From Octopus sinensis (lineage: Eukaryota), in the NCBI RefSeq assembly GCF_006345805.1, contig NC_043012.1, forward strand, positions 34,348,001-34,412,000: a stretch of DNA of 64,000 bases. Reading direction: 5' to 3'. The position numbers and the translations under genes were made by a program. The notes under the pieces were generated by a model. That model saw only the letters and a program-made list of their open reading frames with translations, ran no database searches and was not told where the DNA came from. This document shows positions 51,801 through 64,000 of this stretch, piece by piece (the stretch's first letter is position 1; each line of letters opens with the position of its first letter).

Positions 51801-52658
51801 CGTTTAACGTACACAGTGAAAAACCGTCAGTACTTTCGAAACATTATGGGTATTTTTCCCGGATTTTATAAAAGTTATTGTTGTTTTTGGTTCTGAAGCC
51901 CGGGTCAACCCTAATTGAATAGATTTATGATCAAAACCATTCCAGTCCTGATCTTCCCGTCTTCTCACACAATTTATGTCGTACTAAATTATCTCAAAAG
52001 TCCATTCTGCTTAAAAAAAAATGTATGGGTAAAAATGGCTTGAAAAGGAGATTTAGTTGATAGTTCTAACAAACCCAGCGAACACATAGAGACTTCTTTA
52101 TTAAACCGCTTGAAGTTTTGGTTCTTGACGATTGCGGATCAGAAGGAAAATCTTGGATGTATGCATCGACAGGAGTTTGTGGAGAAAAACGGGAAGCGTT
52201 TGGAGTTGTTGTATCTATAGAAGTGATTCTTCTGTAAGCAAGTCCACACTGGGTTGAAGAGGGAGAACGAAATGATTTGGAAAAGTTAGTAGGGTCGTTT
52301 TTGACAGAGGATTCTTAGAAAACGGCCGAAGATAGGAATTTGCAGTGGCAGATACGTGTAGTTCTGCAAAGTAAAGTTGGTAGAATTGGCGTCTCTGTCT
52401 GTCTGTCTGTCTGTCTGTCTACCTGCCTGCCTGTCTGGCTATTTATCTGCCTACCCGTTTGACTGTATGTGTGTTGCGCGCATTTGCGTGTGTGTATATA
52501 TATATATATCTATGTATATATGGTGTTGACTCTGTGATTCTTGTCTTTAGAACTCAAAAACAAGTCATTTGAGATAGTTATTATTTATTTTTACTTAATG
52601 GCACTATACGAATATATAAAAACTAACTTCTGTATATTTTACTCTTCACATCAAATAG

Positions 52659-53395
52659 AATATCGCCCGAATACGTAAGTTTTGACTTCCTCTTTAAGTA
52701 TAGACTTACTTTGGAGTGGAATAACCGATAAGTTTGTTGGTTTATTTGGAGGAGAAGAGACGATAGATTTTTTGTTTTTACTTTGAAATTCTTAGTCTTT
52801 GTATATGTCGTTGACAGTCTGGTGGGGATCTTTCGTCTTCAGGCTAATAACTATGCCTGGAAATTACAAACTACAGATGTAAGTGACGTGAACTTAAGCT
52901 AAATGATTCAATTGAGAACATAAATAACTTGTAATATTTCTAGCGTATGAAATTTACTTTTTACATAACTTAAATTAAATGTAAAATAACGGGTGTAGTT
53001 TTACACATAAAAGTAGCAAAATTATTTATTCAGAGCCCTCTAAAAGCTATTGTATTTATTCTTCTAATAAACCCTTCTAACATATAAGGCCTCTGTGCAT
53101 GAAGCGAATATGTAATACTTCAAGTTCCGTTGAAATTATTTACAGCCTTTCCTGTATAACTTTTCATTTTGTAAACATTAAAAGAATAAAGTGTAGAAGA
53201 AATTGACCAAATCTAGACGTCAAAAAGCATGAAACAATAGTCTATATTTAGATGAAAGCATTTTTACCTCTAACAATTTTAGCTTCGCTTCATGCTTCTA
53301 ATCCCCCTGAGAGAGGTTGCATGATGGGTGATGGTCAACGCTGCATTTTATCTCCATCAGATTTAATGACAAAAACCACTGAGTTTATAATTGGG
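52659..53395 (+). CDS. Candidate spliced exons 52659-52674, 52818 (or 52843)-52878 and 53252-53395 of an unrecognised gene
   Basis: Branch point ACTAAC at 52622; tag|..|gtaagt, cag|..|gtaagt and tag|..|gtaaga boundaries. One open frame: ...ANNYAWKLQTTD-MKAFLPLTILASLHASNPPERGCMMGDGQRCILSPSDLMTKTTEFIIG. No homology recognised. Confidence 0.35.
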
Positions 53396-54225
53396 GTAAG
53401 AATGATGAATAAATTACAGCACTCCTTATGTAGAAGTAAGAAATCAACGTCTCCCAATATTCGACTGGTGTTTTATTTTAGCTGCATTCGGAAAGATGAA
53501 AAGCAAAATTGGCCGCGGCAGGATTTGAACTTATAAGGTTCAGAGCTGTAAAATAACAAGTTAAAACACTTCTCAATTCAAATTCCACTGAGGTAAGTTT
53601 TGCCATTCACCCTTAAGGGATCGATGAAATAAAGAACCAATCAAGTACTGACATCGACTTATATTCATTTTCCTCAACTCTGATGCCTTATGCCTAGATC
53701 AGAAACCAATATTATTCATTAGGTGATCATTAACTGGTATAGGAAAGACGTCAGGAGTTTTACCTGATATCATTTTAAAAGGAAACAGGGCAGAAACTGA
53801 AGATAAGTTCCAGCATGTTCCAGTGGAAACTCCATGTAATCTGATAAAGAAAAAAATATCCCGAATTTGCCAACAGGAAACACCTCATACACCATCATGT
53901 AAAACACACCCACATAACTCTTTGTTATAATAAATATATTTTTCTTTTCTTTTCATATTCTTATGTCCTAAACATTAACTGGGATCTATTTTTGCCAAGT
54001 AGCTAGGCGTATGTAATTACTGAAAATTTTCAGCAGATATCAGTGGATAAACGAATCGCCATATTTATAAAGTGTCCGTTTATAAAAAGTAACATCCGGT
54101 TTCACATCACATCATTACTCATTTGATTGATTTAACGTCTAAACAGTCATAATGGTCACCCACTACGTCCATTTAAGCCACCGCAATATAAACGCATCAC
54201 ATATATAAACAAATGTTTAACGTAT

Positions 54226-54265
<40 letters not shown>

Positions 54266-54392
54266 ATTAAACATCCTACCTAAATTCATAGAACTAGTAT
54301 ATTTCTCTTTATATTTTTCTGTTTTTCTCTCACTCCTTAATAGTATATACACACACACACATATATATATATATTTGCATACGCATAGACGC

Positions 54393-54471
<79 letters not shown>

Positions 54472-54779
54472 TACATTGTATACGTATTTAGGAATGTATT
54501 TTTGTTAAAGAGCAAAGTCAGACAGAAATGGTTTTCACCAGAATATTACCGGTAATTATTATTATTATTATTAAAAATAGTAGAAAAATACTAAAAGATA
54601 CTCATACATAAAAGAACAAAAACATAATAAGGAAAAAATCTCCAAGCAAAAATCTTCTAAATAATATAAATATTAAAATTAATGCTTAAAATAATTTAAA
54701 TGTACTTTCAGAAAATGTCGATTGGGGTAGTCATTTTTCAGGGTTTACAGATGAAATAACAATAATAACCGTATTTTGT

Positions 54780-55720
54780 TGATAGTTTTAAGCTTATTCC
54801 GTCCGTTTAATTTCGACTTAAGGATCAGTTTTAGTCTGCGCAAGTACTCCACCTTAAATGTTTCTGTCATTTCAATTTATCCATTTCCAATATCCCGAAG
54901 TACTTATAGCCCGTCTCTTCTATCTGCTTCATAACCTCCCTCGACGGCATAGCTAGCTCATTCGTACATTCGATTTTGACTCTCTTGAAGATAAACACCA
55001 CACTTTTTCAGTCCGAACTCCATCCTGATATCAGCAATGAAAGTATACACCGTGTCAACGAGGGAACTGACTTGGGATTCATCTTTACTATTAAGTTTGA
55101 GGTCATCCAAGTGGTTGACTTTTTGTTGGCGGCTTTTGAATACATACCCAGCCATTGCTTTCCTCAGAATCAGTGCTAGTGGTATCAAGAACAGTACAGA
55201 GATCAATGGGGACAGGCAGTCTCCTTGGAAAATGCCTCTCCTGATTTCTATTGTCCCCAAACTTCTTCCAAATGCTGTCAGTTCCGTCCTCCACTTCGCC
55301 ATACTTTTTCTAAGCAATCGCTCAACATTCAATGCAATATCAAATAGGCTCATACATTCCATAATCCATGAATGTGGGATCGTATCATATGCCTTACGAT
55401 AGTCAATCCATGGCATGGCTAAGTTAGTTTTCCTCCTCTTGCAGTCTCTAAGTACAGTTTTGTCTACCAGGAGTTGATCCTTGTTACCTCTGCACTTATA
55501 CTTGCAACCCTTCTGCTCATGTAGCAGGATTCTATTTATTTCCAAATGTCCGTACATTGACTGTGTGACTATTTCAGCCAATAATTTCCACATAAGTGGA
55601 AAGCAGAATATCGGCCTGTAATTTCAAGCCTGTTTCGATGTTTTTCAAGCACAGCACTATCCAACCCATTGTCAACCACTCTGGTGTTACTTGGTCGGCA
55701 TTTAACATCTTACTTCTAAG
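54780..55720 (-). mobile_element. R4/Dong-like (RLE-clade) LINE RT fragment
   Basis: ORF 54958-55593: EQKGC...[43 protein letters not shown] (residues missing before DD), FGLKKC; then YKY.GILE. Confidence 0.9.
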
Positions 55721-58685
55721 GTCTTGCAATTTGTTTGAGTATAACTAGAATCTATAATTCTAGCTGATTACGTACCTCAGTCCCACTGAATCTATCCATA
55801 CAGATATTAGACAGATTTTGCATAACCTTCACCCATGCTAAAAAAAAAAATTCCCTGGCCTTCATAATAATATCTGTATAATTACTGTAGACAGTAAAGA
55901 GTCTCTTGCGACATTCCGTTTTCTTAATATCGCAAAGCTGGCAAGAGATTAAGTTTGCTTAACATACATATGATATAACACCAGATTAATCGATTAAACA
56001 TCAATATGCTTCAACATAATTTCGTGTACCAAATTCCACTCACAAGATATTGATCAGTCTGAGACACTTGTTTAACACAGACACTTGTTTAACGTACCGT
56101 GCAATGGAGGCGAACTTGTAATTACGTGATTCCAAAGCAAACTTCTTAAAAGCATATTCATGCGTACGTGTCTACATATAAATATAAACGAAAATATTTT
56201 ACCGAATCGGAGTAAGAAAAATTCTCAACTGATGTAACTAAGAAATTAATATTGTCACGAATCGGCCTATTCTGATTGGGTCTTTGGACAGGGAGAGTAA
56301 ATATCAAAAAGCTAGATCTTAATCTGGAAATGAGTGCAGCGCAGAAACCCTGTTTCTTTGGTTTAGTAAGAATTTTCTGGAAATTCCTCGATACAAAGTA
56401 GGAAGAGAATACGAGCGGCATAAAAGGGCCTTTGCAAAAGGGACAGAAAGCGCTTCTCATGCTCGACCATTGGCTGTAGTTCGATAAGAAATATGATTAA
56501 ACTAGTTACAACACTAAAACTGTATAACAGCAGAACGTCTGTGTGCAATTTGTTCGGGATTTTACTTTATTTCATAAATAGCCCTAAACTTAGGCACTGA
56601 CTGTTAAGAGATCATAACTCTGTGTGCCTATTGTTACATTTACTTTCTGACACGCTGTTAAAAAGGCCAGTAAGTTTGAGGATAAGAGTTAGTCGATATC
56701 ATCGAATCTAGAAATGGAGGAGCGACACTTTATTTTATCGTCCTTGGAATAATGAAAAGTAATGTTGTCCGAGGTAAGATACGAACGCAGATCGTAATGA
56801 GCTGTAACTAAAATCTCAAAAGCATTTTGTTCGACGTACAAACCACTTAGCTAACAGACCATCATCAGTAGTAGTAATAATCTTTTCCATTATAGCCACA
56901 AGGAATGAAATTTTGCTGGAAGAAAGTTGGTCGATATCCGACTCACTGCTCAGCCCCAAAAGACGAAAGGCAAAGTTGGCCTCAACGGAATTTTGAACTC
57001 ACAAGAAAAGAGCCGGAAGAAATGACTCCAAGCATTTTATTCGATTGGCTAACAATTCTTCCGGGCCATCGCCATAAATGTTTCGAATTTTGGTACAAGG
57101 CCAGTGGGAGTGGATTAGTCGGCTACATTCTCCTGGTGCTAGACTGGTACTTTATTATATCGGCCCCGAAATATTAAAAGGCTAAGCCGACCTCAGCAGG
57201 GTATGAACTCAGAAAATTGCCCCAAATTTTAGTACAACGCCAGCAATTTTAAGGTGGGAAGCTCGTTTGAACCCAATGAAAACTCCAAAGGGTCAGCTGA
57301 TGATTTTTAAAAAATTGCATTTTGAAATCCCATGACATGCGCACTTAAAAAGATGGGTGTGTATGGGTGTACACATATCGAACAATAATAGTCTTTCCTT
57401 TTAAAGTTTGAACGCTTCAGTCAATTTTTAATATTTTTGTTTTAAAATAAGAATAGTAATAGTGTTTAACTGGTAGTTATTTTATTAATTCCGAGAGTTT
57501 GAAAGGCAAAGTCAACCTTGGAGGAATTTGAACTCAGAACTGAAAGAGCCAGGAGAAATGTCGATAGGTATTTAGTCCGATATACTAACAATTTTTCCAA
57601 GGTCGCTGCCATAAATTTTTAAATTTATGTTATGAGGAAGGGATTAGCCAATTACATTCTCCCGATGCTCAACTGGTACTTTATTATATCGACCCCGAAA
57701 GGTTGAAAGGCAAAGTTGACCTCAGCGTGATTTGAACTCATCATAGAGATCTACAAAAAATATTTATTATTATTGAGAACATGATAGATATGTATTGGAT
57801 GCTAGTGGCGGAGGAGGAGAAACCCTTTGCGATCGATCAGATCGATGCGTTTGATGAATTGCTACAAGTTGATGGCTGCAGGAATAAACAAGGTTCGGGC
57901 GGAAATTCTAGGAAACTGACCTTCTGAGAAGGTTAGAGCGAGGTCTCAGAGCGGACAGTGTATGACAATAATGGTCAGTGAATAAACTGAGAGTGGACAG
58001 AGTATGGATGACAAAAGGAAGAGATGGAGAGAGTGACTGCTGAGTGCCAGAGGAAACACGAGACTATCCAGTAGAAAAAAATGGGGAGAAGACACGATAT
58101 GATATAAATGAAGCTAAATTAATAAATGTATATCAAATATTTCTTTATTATGATTAAACATTGTCAGTAGACCTAATCCAGATGTTGAACACAATCGGAT
58201 CCTGTTTATTTATTTATTTGCCAGAGAGTTGGATTATCAGAATCGCATTACAGCGTCCAGTGTCCTCAGAAATATATTTTGATATTTGGAGAAATTAATT
58301 TTTGTTTTGCATTTTTCATTGCTTTTTTCTCATTCCATAACTCATAGCAGATTGTTTCTGTGGAGACTTGAGATGCAATCTTCTGATGACATCTGATCAC
58401 TAAAAGCAAGAATATTTATCAAATATTGAAATAATTATTACAATGGATTCCCGTTCACTGTTCTGTTATTTTCAGTCTTGCTTTTGTGGGAGACTTTCCT
58501 TATTTGTTGCTTGTTTTGTTGTGATTTTCGTTTCGTATCGTTATAGTTTTTTTTAAAAATTTATCATTCTTGTTTTCTTTTTGTTTTGGTTTTAGTTCTA
58601 TATCGCTGTGAAAAACGCTTTTATGGTATAATAATGTCCAACACTTGATATTTCCGTTTGACGTAGAGAGAAATTTATTTCTTAC

Positions 58686-59120
58686 TTAGTCTGTCGACGG
58701 TTGCTTCAAGATACGTAAATTAAGTCAAACAGCCAGATAGACACATATAATTTGTCCTGTCTAAGGACATTAATAGAACAGGATACTGCAAAATTCCCAG
58801 CAAGCATAAGAAAGAAAACAAGAACTATAAATGAAACAATAAAAGTAATAATAATAATGATAATGATGATGATGATGATGATGATGATAATAATTGGTCT
58901 TAATAACCATATATAAAACAATTAACCTTGACTAATGATGTTACTGTTGTGATGTTTTCTTAACTGACCATTATTTTCGAAGTAATTTTATACCAGTCTT
59001 TGGTGACAGTATTCTTTTCCGATTGGCGTGCGGGGTTGGGTTGGTTTCGGTAAAGCTGTCTAAGTAATATAAAATCAGTAATATTGAACTGAATGAATGG
59101 AGTTGTTAGTTATATAATCT
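58686..59120 (-). promoter_or_regulatory. Possible TATA/Inr promoter and non-coding first exon
   Basis: Minus strand TATATAA (59116-59110), TCAGTT (A at 59090), CCAAT near 59030, donor aa|gtaag at 58685. Motif spacing is slightly short. Confidence 0.25.
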
Positions 59121-59369
59121 CTCCCACACACCGTCACTATTATCAGCGCTTCTAGCCATCACCATCAGCCATCAGCCTTCAGGTTTTTGCCAGCAGGCTA
59201 TCCAAATAAATCAAACATGATGACACCAACCAATCCAGCTGCTGTGTTATTCTGTCACTAATGACATACTCGCTCATTGCTTAAAAGATATTTGCGTGAG
59301 GATTTATAGAAGACGAGCGAAGGGTGTGTGAGTGTGTGTGTGTGTGTGTGAGTGTGAGTGTGTGTGAGT

Positions 59370-59545
59370 GTATAAAGAAGGAGAGAGAGGGAATGAGACA
59401 GAGGAAGGGAGAGAGAAAGAGTGAGAGAGAGCAAGAGAGCGAGAGAGAGAGAGAGAGAAAGAGATAGAGATAGATAGAGAGAGAGAGAGAGAAAGAGATA
59501 GATAGATAGAGAGAGAGAGAGCTAGAGAGAGAGAGAGAGAAAGAG

Positions 59546-59579
<34 letters not shown>

Positions 59580-59601
59580 TGAGAGAGAAAGAGATAGATA
59601 C

Positions 59602-59637
<36 letters not shown>
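59370..59637. repeat. (GA)n/(GATA)n tract
   Basis: Direct reading. Confidence 0.95.
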
Positions 59638-59639
<2 letters not shown>

Positions 59640-59986
59640 TTAGCAAACCTTTTCACGAAGGGAAAAACACAATCCTGCTGCTGGGAAGCAGCGCAGGAAA
59701 CCGCTATTGGAAGCTGCGAGTGTTATCCCACTGCCGCCTTTGTTGATAAACATACACACAAAAAAACCCCACAAACACACAACACGTAGAAAGCCACCTC
59801 TCTCTTTCGCTCTCTCTCCTTGCTTTTTCCCTTCTTTGTGTATCGCTCTCTCTATATATATTAAACACCACACACACACTAGCACACGCAAACACACATA
59901 CGCACATACACACACACAGACACACAGACACACACGAACGCAATGTATTTTTTATTAATTTTTGCTCTTCTCCCACTCTGACTTAT

Positions 59987-60030
<44 letters not shown>

Positions 60031-60315
60031 AATTGAAACAACACACATAAAAGGGAAATTAGAAGTGGCGGAGTGAGTGAGTCGAAGGTCGACTTTGCCT
60101 TTAATCCTTGTGGGATCGATAAAATAAGGACCAGTTGAGCACGGAGATCGATTATAGTCCCGCACCACAAAACAAAAGGCCTTCCACCTATAGTAGAAAA
60201 GATTATTGCTGTTGTTGTCACGACCACCACGACCACGACCACGACGACCACGACCACGACCACGACCACAACCACTACCACCACCACCACCACCACCACC
60301 ACCACCACCACCACC

Positions 60316-60365
<50 letters not shown>

Positions 60366-60458
60366 TATTATTTCAATTAAGTCAGGTTTTGTTGGAATTC
60401 CAGTAATCTTGCACGTGCAGCGGGTTTGCTACCTGTAGCCTACAGTACTTTGTAATAA

Positions 60459-60690
60459 GGCGGCGAGCTGGCAGAAACGTTAGCACGTCGGGTGAAATGC
60501 TTTGTGGTATTTCGTCCGCCGATGCGTTCTGAGTTCAAATTCTGCCAAGGTCGACTTTACCTTTCATCCTTCCGGGGTCGATAAATTAAGTACCAGTTAC
60601 GCACTGGGGCCGATGTAATCGACTTAATCCGTTTGTCTGTCCTTGTTTGTCCCCTCTATGTTTAGCCCCTTGTGGGCAATAAAGAAATAG
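60459..60690 (+). mobile_element. SINE family A monomer
   Basis: Head, Nin core and tail; flanking duplication tactttgt. Confidence 0.87.
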
Positions 60691-60714
60691 ATACTTTGTT
60701 ATTTGCTCTCTTCA

Positions 60715-61545
60715 GTTGTCTAGCACTTCCCTGAAAATTCCGCGTGTCAAATGGGCAAGCGGCATCAATAACAAAGCACCATGGTTTACTCTGTTCACCA
60801 CCACTAGATCTGATTTGTTGTTCTCAAGCACCTGGTCCATTTGAATTGAGAAATCCCACAAGATTTTTGCAAGTTTTCGACTCAGTCACTCTCTATGGTT
60901 CGTGATCGTACCATGTCTTACTTCCCTCTAACATCCACTTTTCGTTCAGTTTCCATTGAAGAACTTTTGATATCTCATCACGTCGCCAAAACTTATTCTG
61001 GTTTCAGGCAAGTCTAGAGCATTCACTTACGATATGGGAAATAGTTTCATCAAATTCATTATATATTCGTCACAACAGAGACATCTGCAAATATAAGTAC
61101 TCTCAATCTCCATTTAAGAGCTCATTTCTTTAACTATTCCCACCTATGTTCACCAGCAACTTCGGTTTTGGCGATATGAAATTGTTTGTTGTAAGCCCTT
61201 CTTAAGTGGTGCTTCTTCATGACCTGTTTTTGTTTTCTCCTTTTCCCTTGGGTTTAGATACCTTACCAAGTTCCCGCTTTCAATATACTCACAGTCTTCT
61301 ACACTTAGTCCCCTGCATCCATTGGCTCTCGTCATGTATATACGATCAATGTCTGCAAATGGGTAATGGACTCCATGTATGATTAGAAGCATTTTTGCTT
61401 TCCTGTCTGACTCTTTTAGCTCATCGTCTGACACTTCAGAATTTTAGCTCTATACCGAATCACTGAAACTGCGGCGCATGAGTTTATTGCCGAAATTATA
61501 CTTTCGGCATTTAGTTTTGACTGCAATATCTTTCTCAATCGTCGC
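60715..61545 (-). mobile_element. R4/Dong-like LINE C-terminal fragment (post-RT + restriction-like endonuclease)
   Basis: RLRKILQSKLNA; HYPFADIDRIYMTRANGCRGLSVEDC; KILWDF...DQVLENNKSDLVVV. Confidence 0.82.
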
Positions 61546-61550
61546 ATATA

Positions 61551-62075
61551 CGATGTGATATCAAAAAGTTCCCAGACTAGTTGTGTTTGATAAAAAAATA
61601 ACTTATTTACCTAAGTTTTAACATGATCTATATAGTCACCTTGCATAGTAATACACCGGTCCCAGCTTTCCTGCCACTTTTGGAATCCGTCCTGGAAGTC
61701 GTTTTCTGTAAGCGTGTCGAGAATCTTCTGCGATATGATCTTGATCTCGACAACGGTGTTAAAATGGCAACCTTTGATTAGAATTTTCCTCTTGGGGAAG
61801 GGATGGAAGTCCGCAGGTGCTAAATCTGGCGAATAGGGCGGGTGCAGAAGCGATAACAAGTTTGTTTTTTAGGCGAGAAACTCACGAGTGAAGAGAGCTT
61901 GGCGACAGGATGCATTGACGTCGCGGAGAAGTAGGCGAAACACTGGCTGAAATTGTCTCACATACCGCTGAACATATATATTTGTGTCTAAGTAGATGGG
62001 TCAAAGAAACACACATCACAATAAGAGTAATCAGACACAGTGTCGATCCATGACTAGTGTCTGTTGGTGCGGAAG
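61551..62075 (-). mobile_element. Mariner 3' remnant
   Basis: TA then TIR cgatgtgatatcaaaaagttccc; LLHPPYSPDLAPADFHPFPK...FQKWQESWDRCITMQGDY. Confidence 0.85.
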
Positions 62076-62149
62076 AGTTGTGATAGCAGAGTTAACGAAA
62101 AGTAATATGTAATCAAAGCGTGTGTAAAAATGAATTTGCAAGTGCTAAT

Positions 62150-62950
62150 GACCCCGCGAAAGACACAGAATTATTTCTAAATGTGCCCAGACAAGAGAGT
62201 ACGTGAAAATACGTGGAAAAACAGAATATCTTATAACAGACTTTGCAATTTCTTCAGTCAAAATTCATTGCTCGAGAAAGACGGAGATCAGTTAATTTTT
62301 TTGAAAAAAAAAAAAAAATTCTTGATTCTGAGATTTCCATCTTACGGACTTTTCTTCGGGAGTGAGATTTCTTCAAACGAAGCCAGTTTCTTTTACAATG
62401 AATGTTTGCTCTGGTAAATAAACCTGCATAGGAATGAATGAATTTGTTTTCAACATCTTCAGGAAGTTCATTTACTGTACTTGTATCGGTACTCGTTGTT
62501 TTGCTCTACTCTGTAGCATTGTATACTTTCACCGGTTATTTAAAACGATCGATTCAATCTCTACTCCCAACAAATTCTCTCTCACAATCACCTTCACATT
62601 CTGCTTCTGTAGCTTTTAAATCACTGAAAAGGTTATGAACCTTTTCATGAACTAAATCTAGGCTATCAGGCGTATTTTAGGCTGTTTGTGATCTTCTAAC
62701 CAAATTACCAATAGCCTTCCCATGTTAAAATAATTAAACCGTTGAGTTTAGTGATAATTGTAGTTTTCGATCTGACAAATCCATTTACATGCTCCATTAT
62801 TCTCATTTATCTTTTAAAAGTGTCCCGATCGTTAATTGAGTGTAACCTATCGTTTTCCCAATTATTCGTTGACGTTTAGCCTCTCCTCGATCGCTCCGTT
62901 ATTTTCCACTTTAAATTTACTCGTGACTTTTACTTTTCTTTGATGCATCA
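62150..62950 (-). mobile_element. Tigger/pogo-like transposase remnant
   Basis: Minus-strand fragments resembling CENP-B HTH (MGRLLVIWLEDHKQ...EKVHNLFSDLK) and the following linker; many stops. Confidence 0.55.
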
Positions 62951-63289
62951 CTATCACTCGCATCGGATTTATGCTTTACTGGTATGGTCACGAGGGTAAA
63001 TACAAGAAAAAATAAAAATGGAACCAAATAATATGTGTTACATGTACAATATAGTGTTTACGTGATTTGATTTTAAATGACAGCATTTTTCTTCTTCGAG
63101 TCAGCAAATTGCTGAAAACGCTCAATGTTTTGATGTGCGTCACAAAGCAGTTGGCTCGCTCACTGCTTCCAACTTTAAATGTAACTTCAATTTTTGATAT
63201 ATATTATTGTTAATAATATAATAGGCTTTGCGGACGTCGATTCGAAATCCTGCTTGCTGGTAAGTCGAGAGTTCTTAAACTGGGAATAG

Positions 63290-63335
<46 letters not shown>

Positions 63336-63380
63336 AATAAATCTCTGAACGCGGTATAGACAGTAACTGCACAACAATGT

Positions 63381-63518
63381 GAAGTATATTTGCCATCTAA
63401 ATATGGCTAACCACTAAGGGTGGATGTTACTGTAGCTTGTAGCCCTTCTCCGGGGGCTACAAGCTACAGTAACATCCACCATTAGTGGTTAGCCATATTT
63501 AGATGGCAAATATACTTC
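63381..63518. repeat. 65-bp-arm near-perfect hairpin
   Basis: gaagtatatttgccatctaaatatggctaaccactaagggtggatgttactgtagcttgtagccc, 8-nt loop, then the reverse complement with one mismatch. Confidence 0.93.
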
Positions 63519-63685
63519 TATATATATATATATTTGATTTGAAAACCCCACTGGAATGGGAGAAAGCGCTAATAATCCGAATGATATGATCTGAATGATA
63601 TGATATATATATGTAAAAAATGTAATATATAAATAAATATCTATAAATATGACCATCCGATCTTCTGATTACCTCATTTCTTCTA

Positions 63686-63741
<56 letters not shown>

Positions 63742-63781
63742 TAATAAATATTAGGGAATAAATCCAAACTTTTGTCTCTAA

Positions 63782-63823
<42 letters not shown>

Positions 63824-63919
63824 ATAAAAATGGTAAAACAACAAAAGAATGAAAGAGACCTCGATATTATGTAAATAAAGGAATTTATCTCTAAATGTAA
63901 TGTGTCAATTATTCGGGAG

Positions 63920-63987
63920 CCGTGATAAAACTCCGAGTTTTGGATGCCGAGGTGGAAATCCACGTCGCCATCTCTTCAGTTATCCGG
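63920..63987 (-). ncRNA. Degenerate type I hammerhead ribozyme motif (Penelope-like-element type)
   Basis: Minus strand: CCGGATAA-CTGAAGA-GATG...CATC-CAAAAC-TCGGA-GTT-TTATCACGG. Stems I-III pair, but the core reads CAAAAC instead of CGAAAC. Confidence 0.55.
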
Positions 63988-64000
63988 CCATCGGAAAAAA

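Noticed and set aside
57258-57280. GAAGCTCGT (miR-993-like 5' end)
   Set aside because: Only 9 nt match; no hairpin.
54780-61545. The two R4/Dong-like pieces as one split element
   Set aside because: The order on the minus strand is not colinear (C-terminal piece first), and the pieces overlap in homologous sequence; these are two insertions.

Overview
Eukaryotic (metazoan) genomic DNA: AT-rich, very rich in microsatellites and dominated by transposable elements. The SINE repertoire (tRNA-headed Nin/Deu-domain SINEs plus RTE-tailed and microsatellite-containing SINEs) suggests a coleoid cephalopod, probably an octopus; this is inference, no database search was run. I recognise no host protein-coding gene, and most entries in the ORF track are translations of microsatellites. 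The main elements are: (1) a full-length but frameshifted Tx1/L1-clade LINE (14429-20443) apparently inserted into a (TCTA)n microsatellite; (2) remnants of a Naiad-type Penelope-like element, R4/Dong-like LINEs, an RTE, Gypsy, mariner, hAT, Chapaev3 and Tigger elements; (3) about 40 SINE copies in several families, including multimeric Nin-SINEs; (4) several long fold-back palindromes; (5) a degenerate hammerhead-ribozyme motif at the far right end; (6) a few unique islands with splice-signal-bounded, phase-compatible candidate exons, all low confidence. A 100-N scaffold gap lies at 31397-31496. Coordinates were read by eye, and the ends of degraded elements are approximate.
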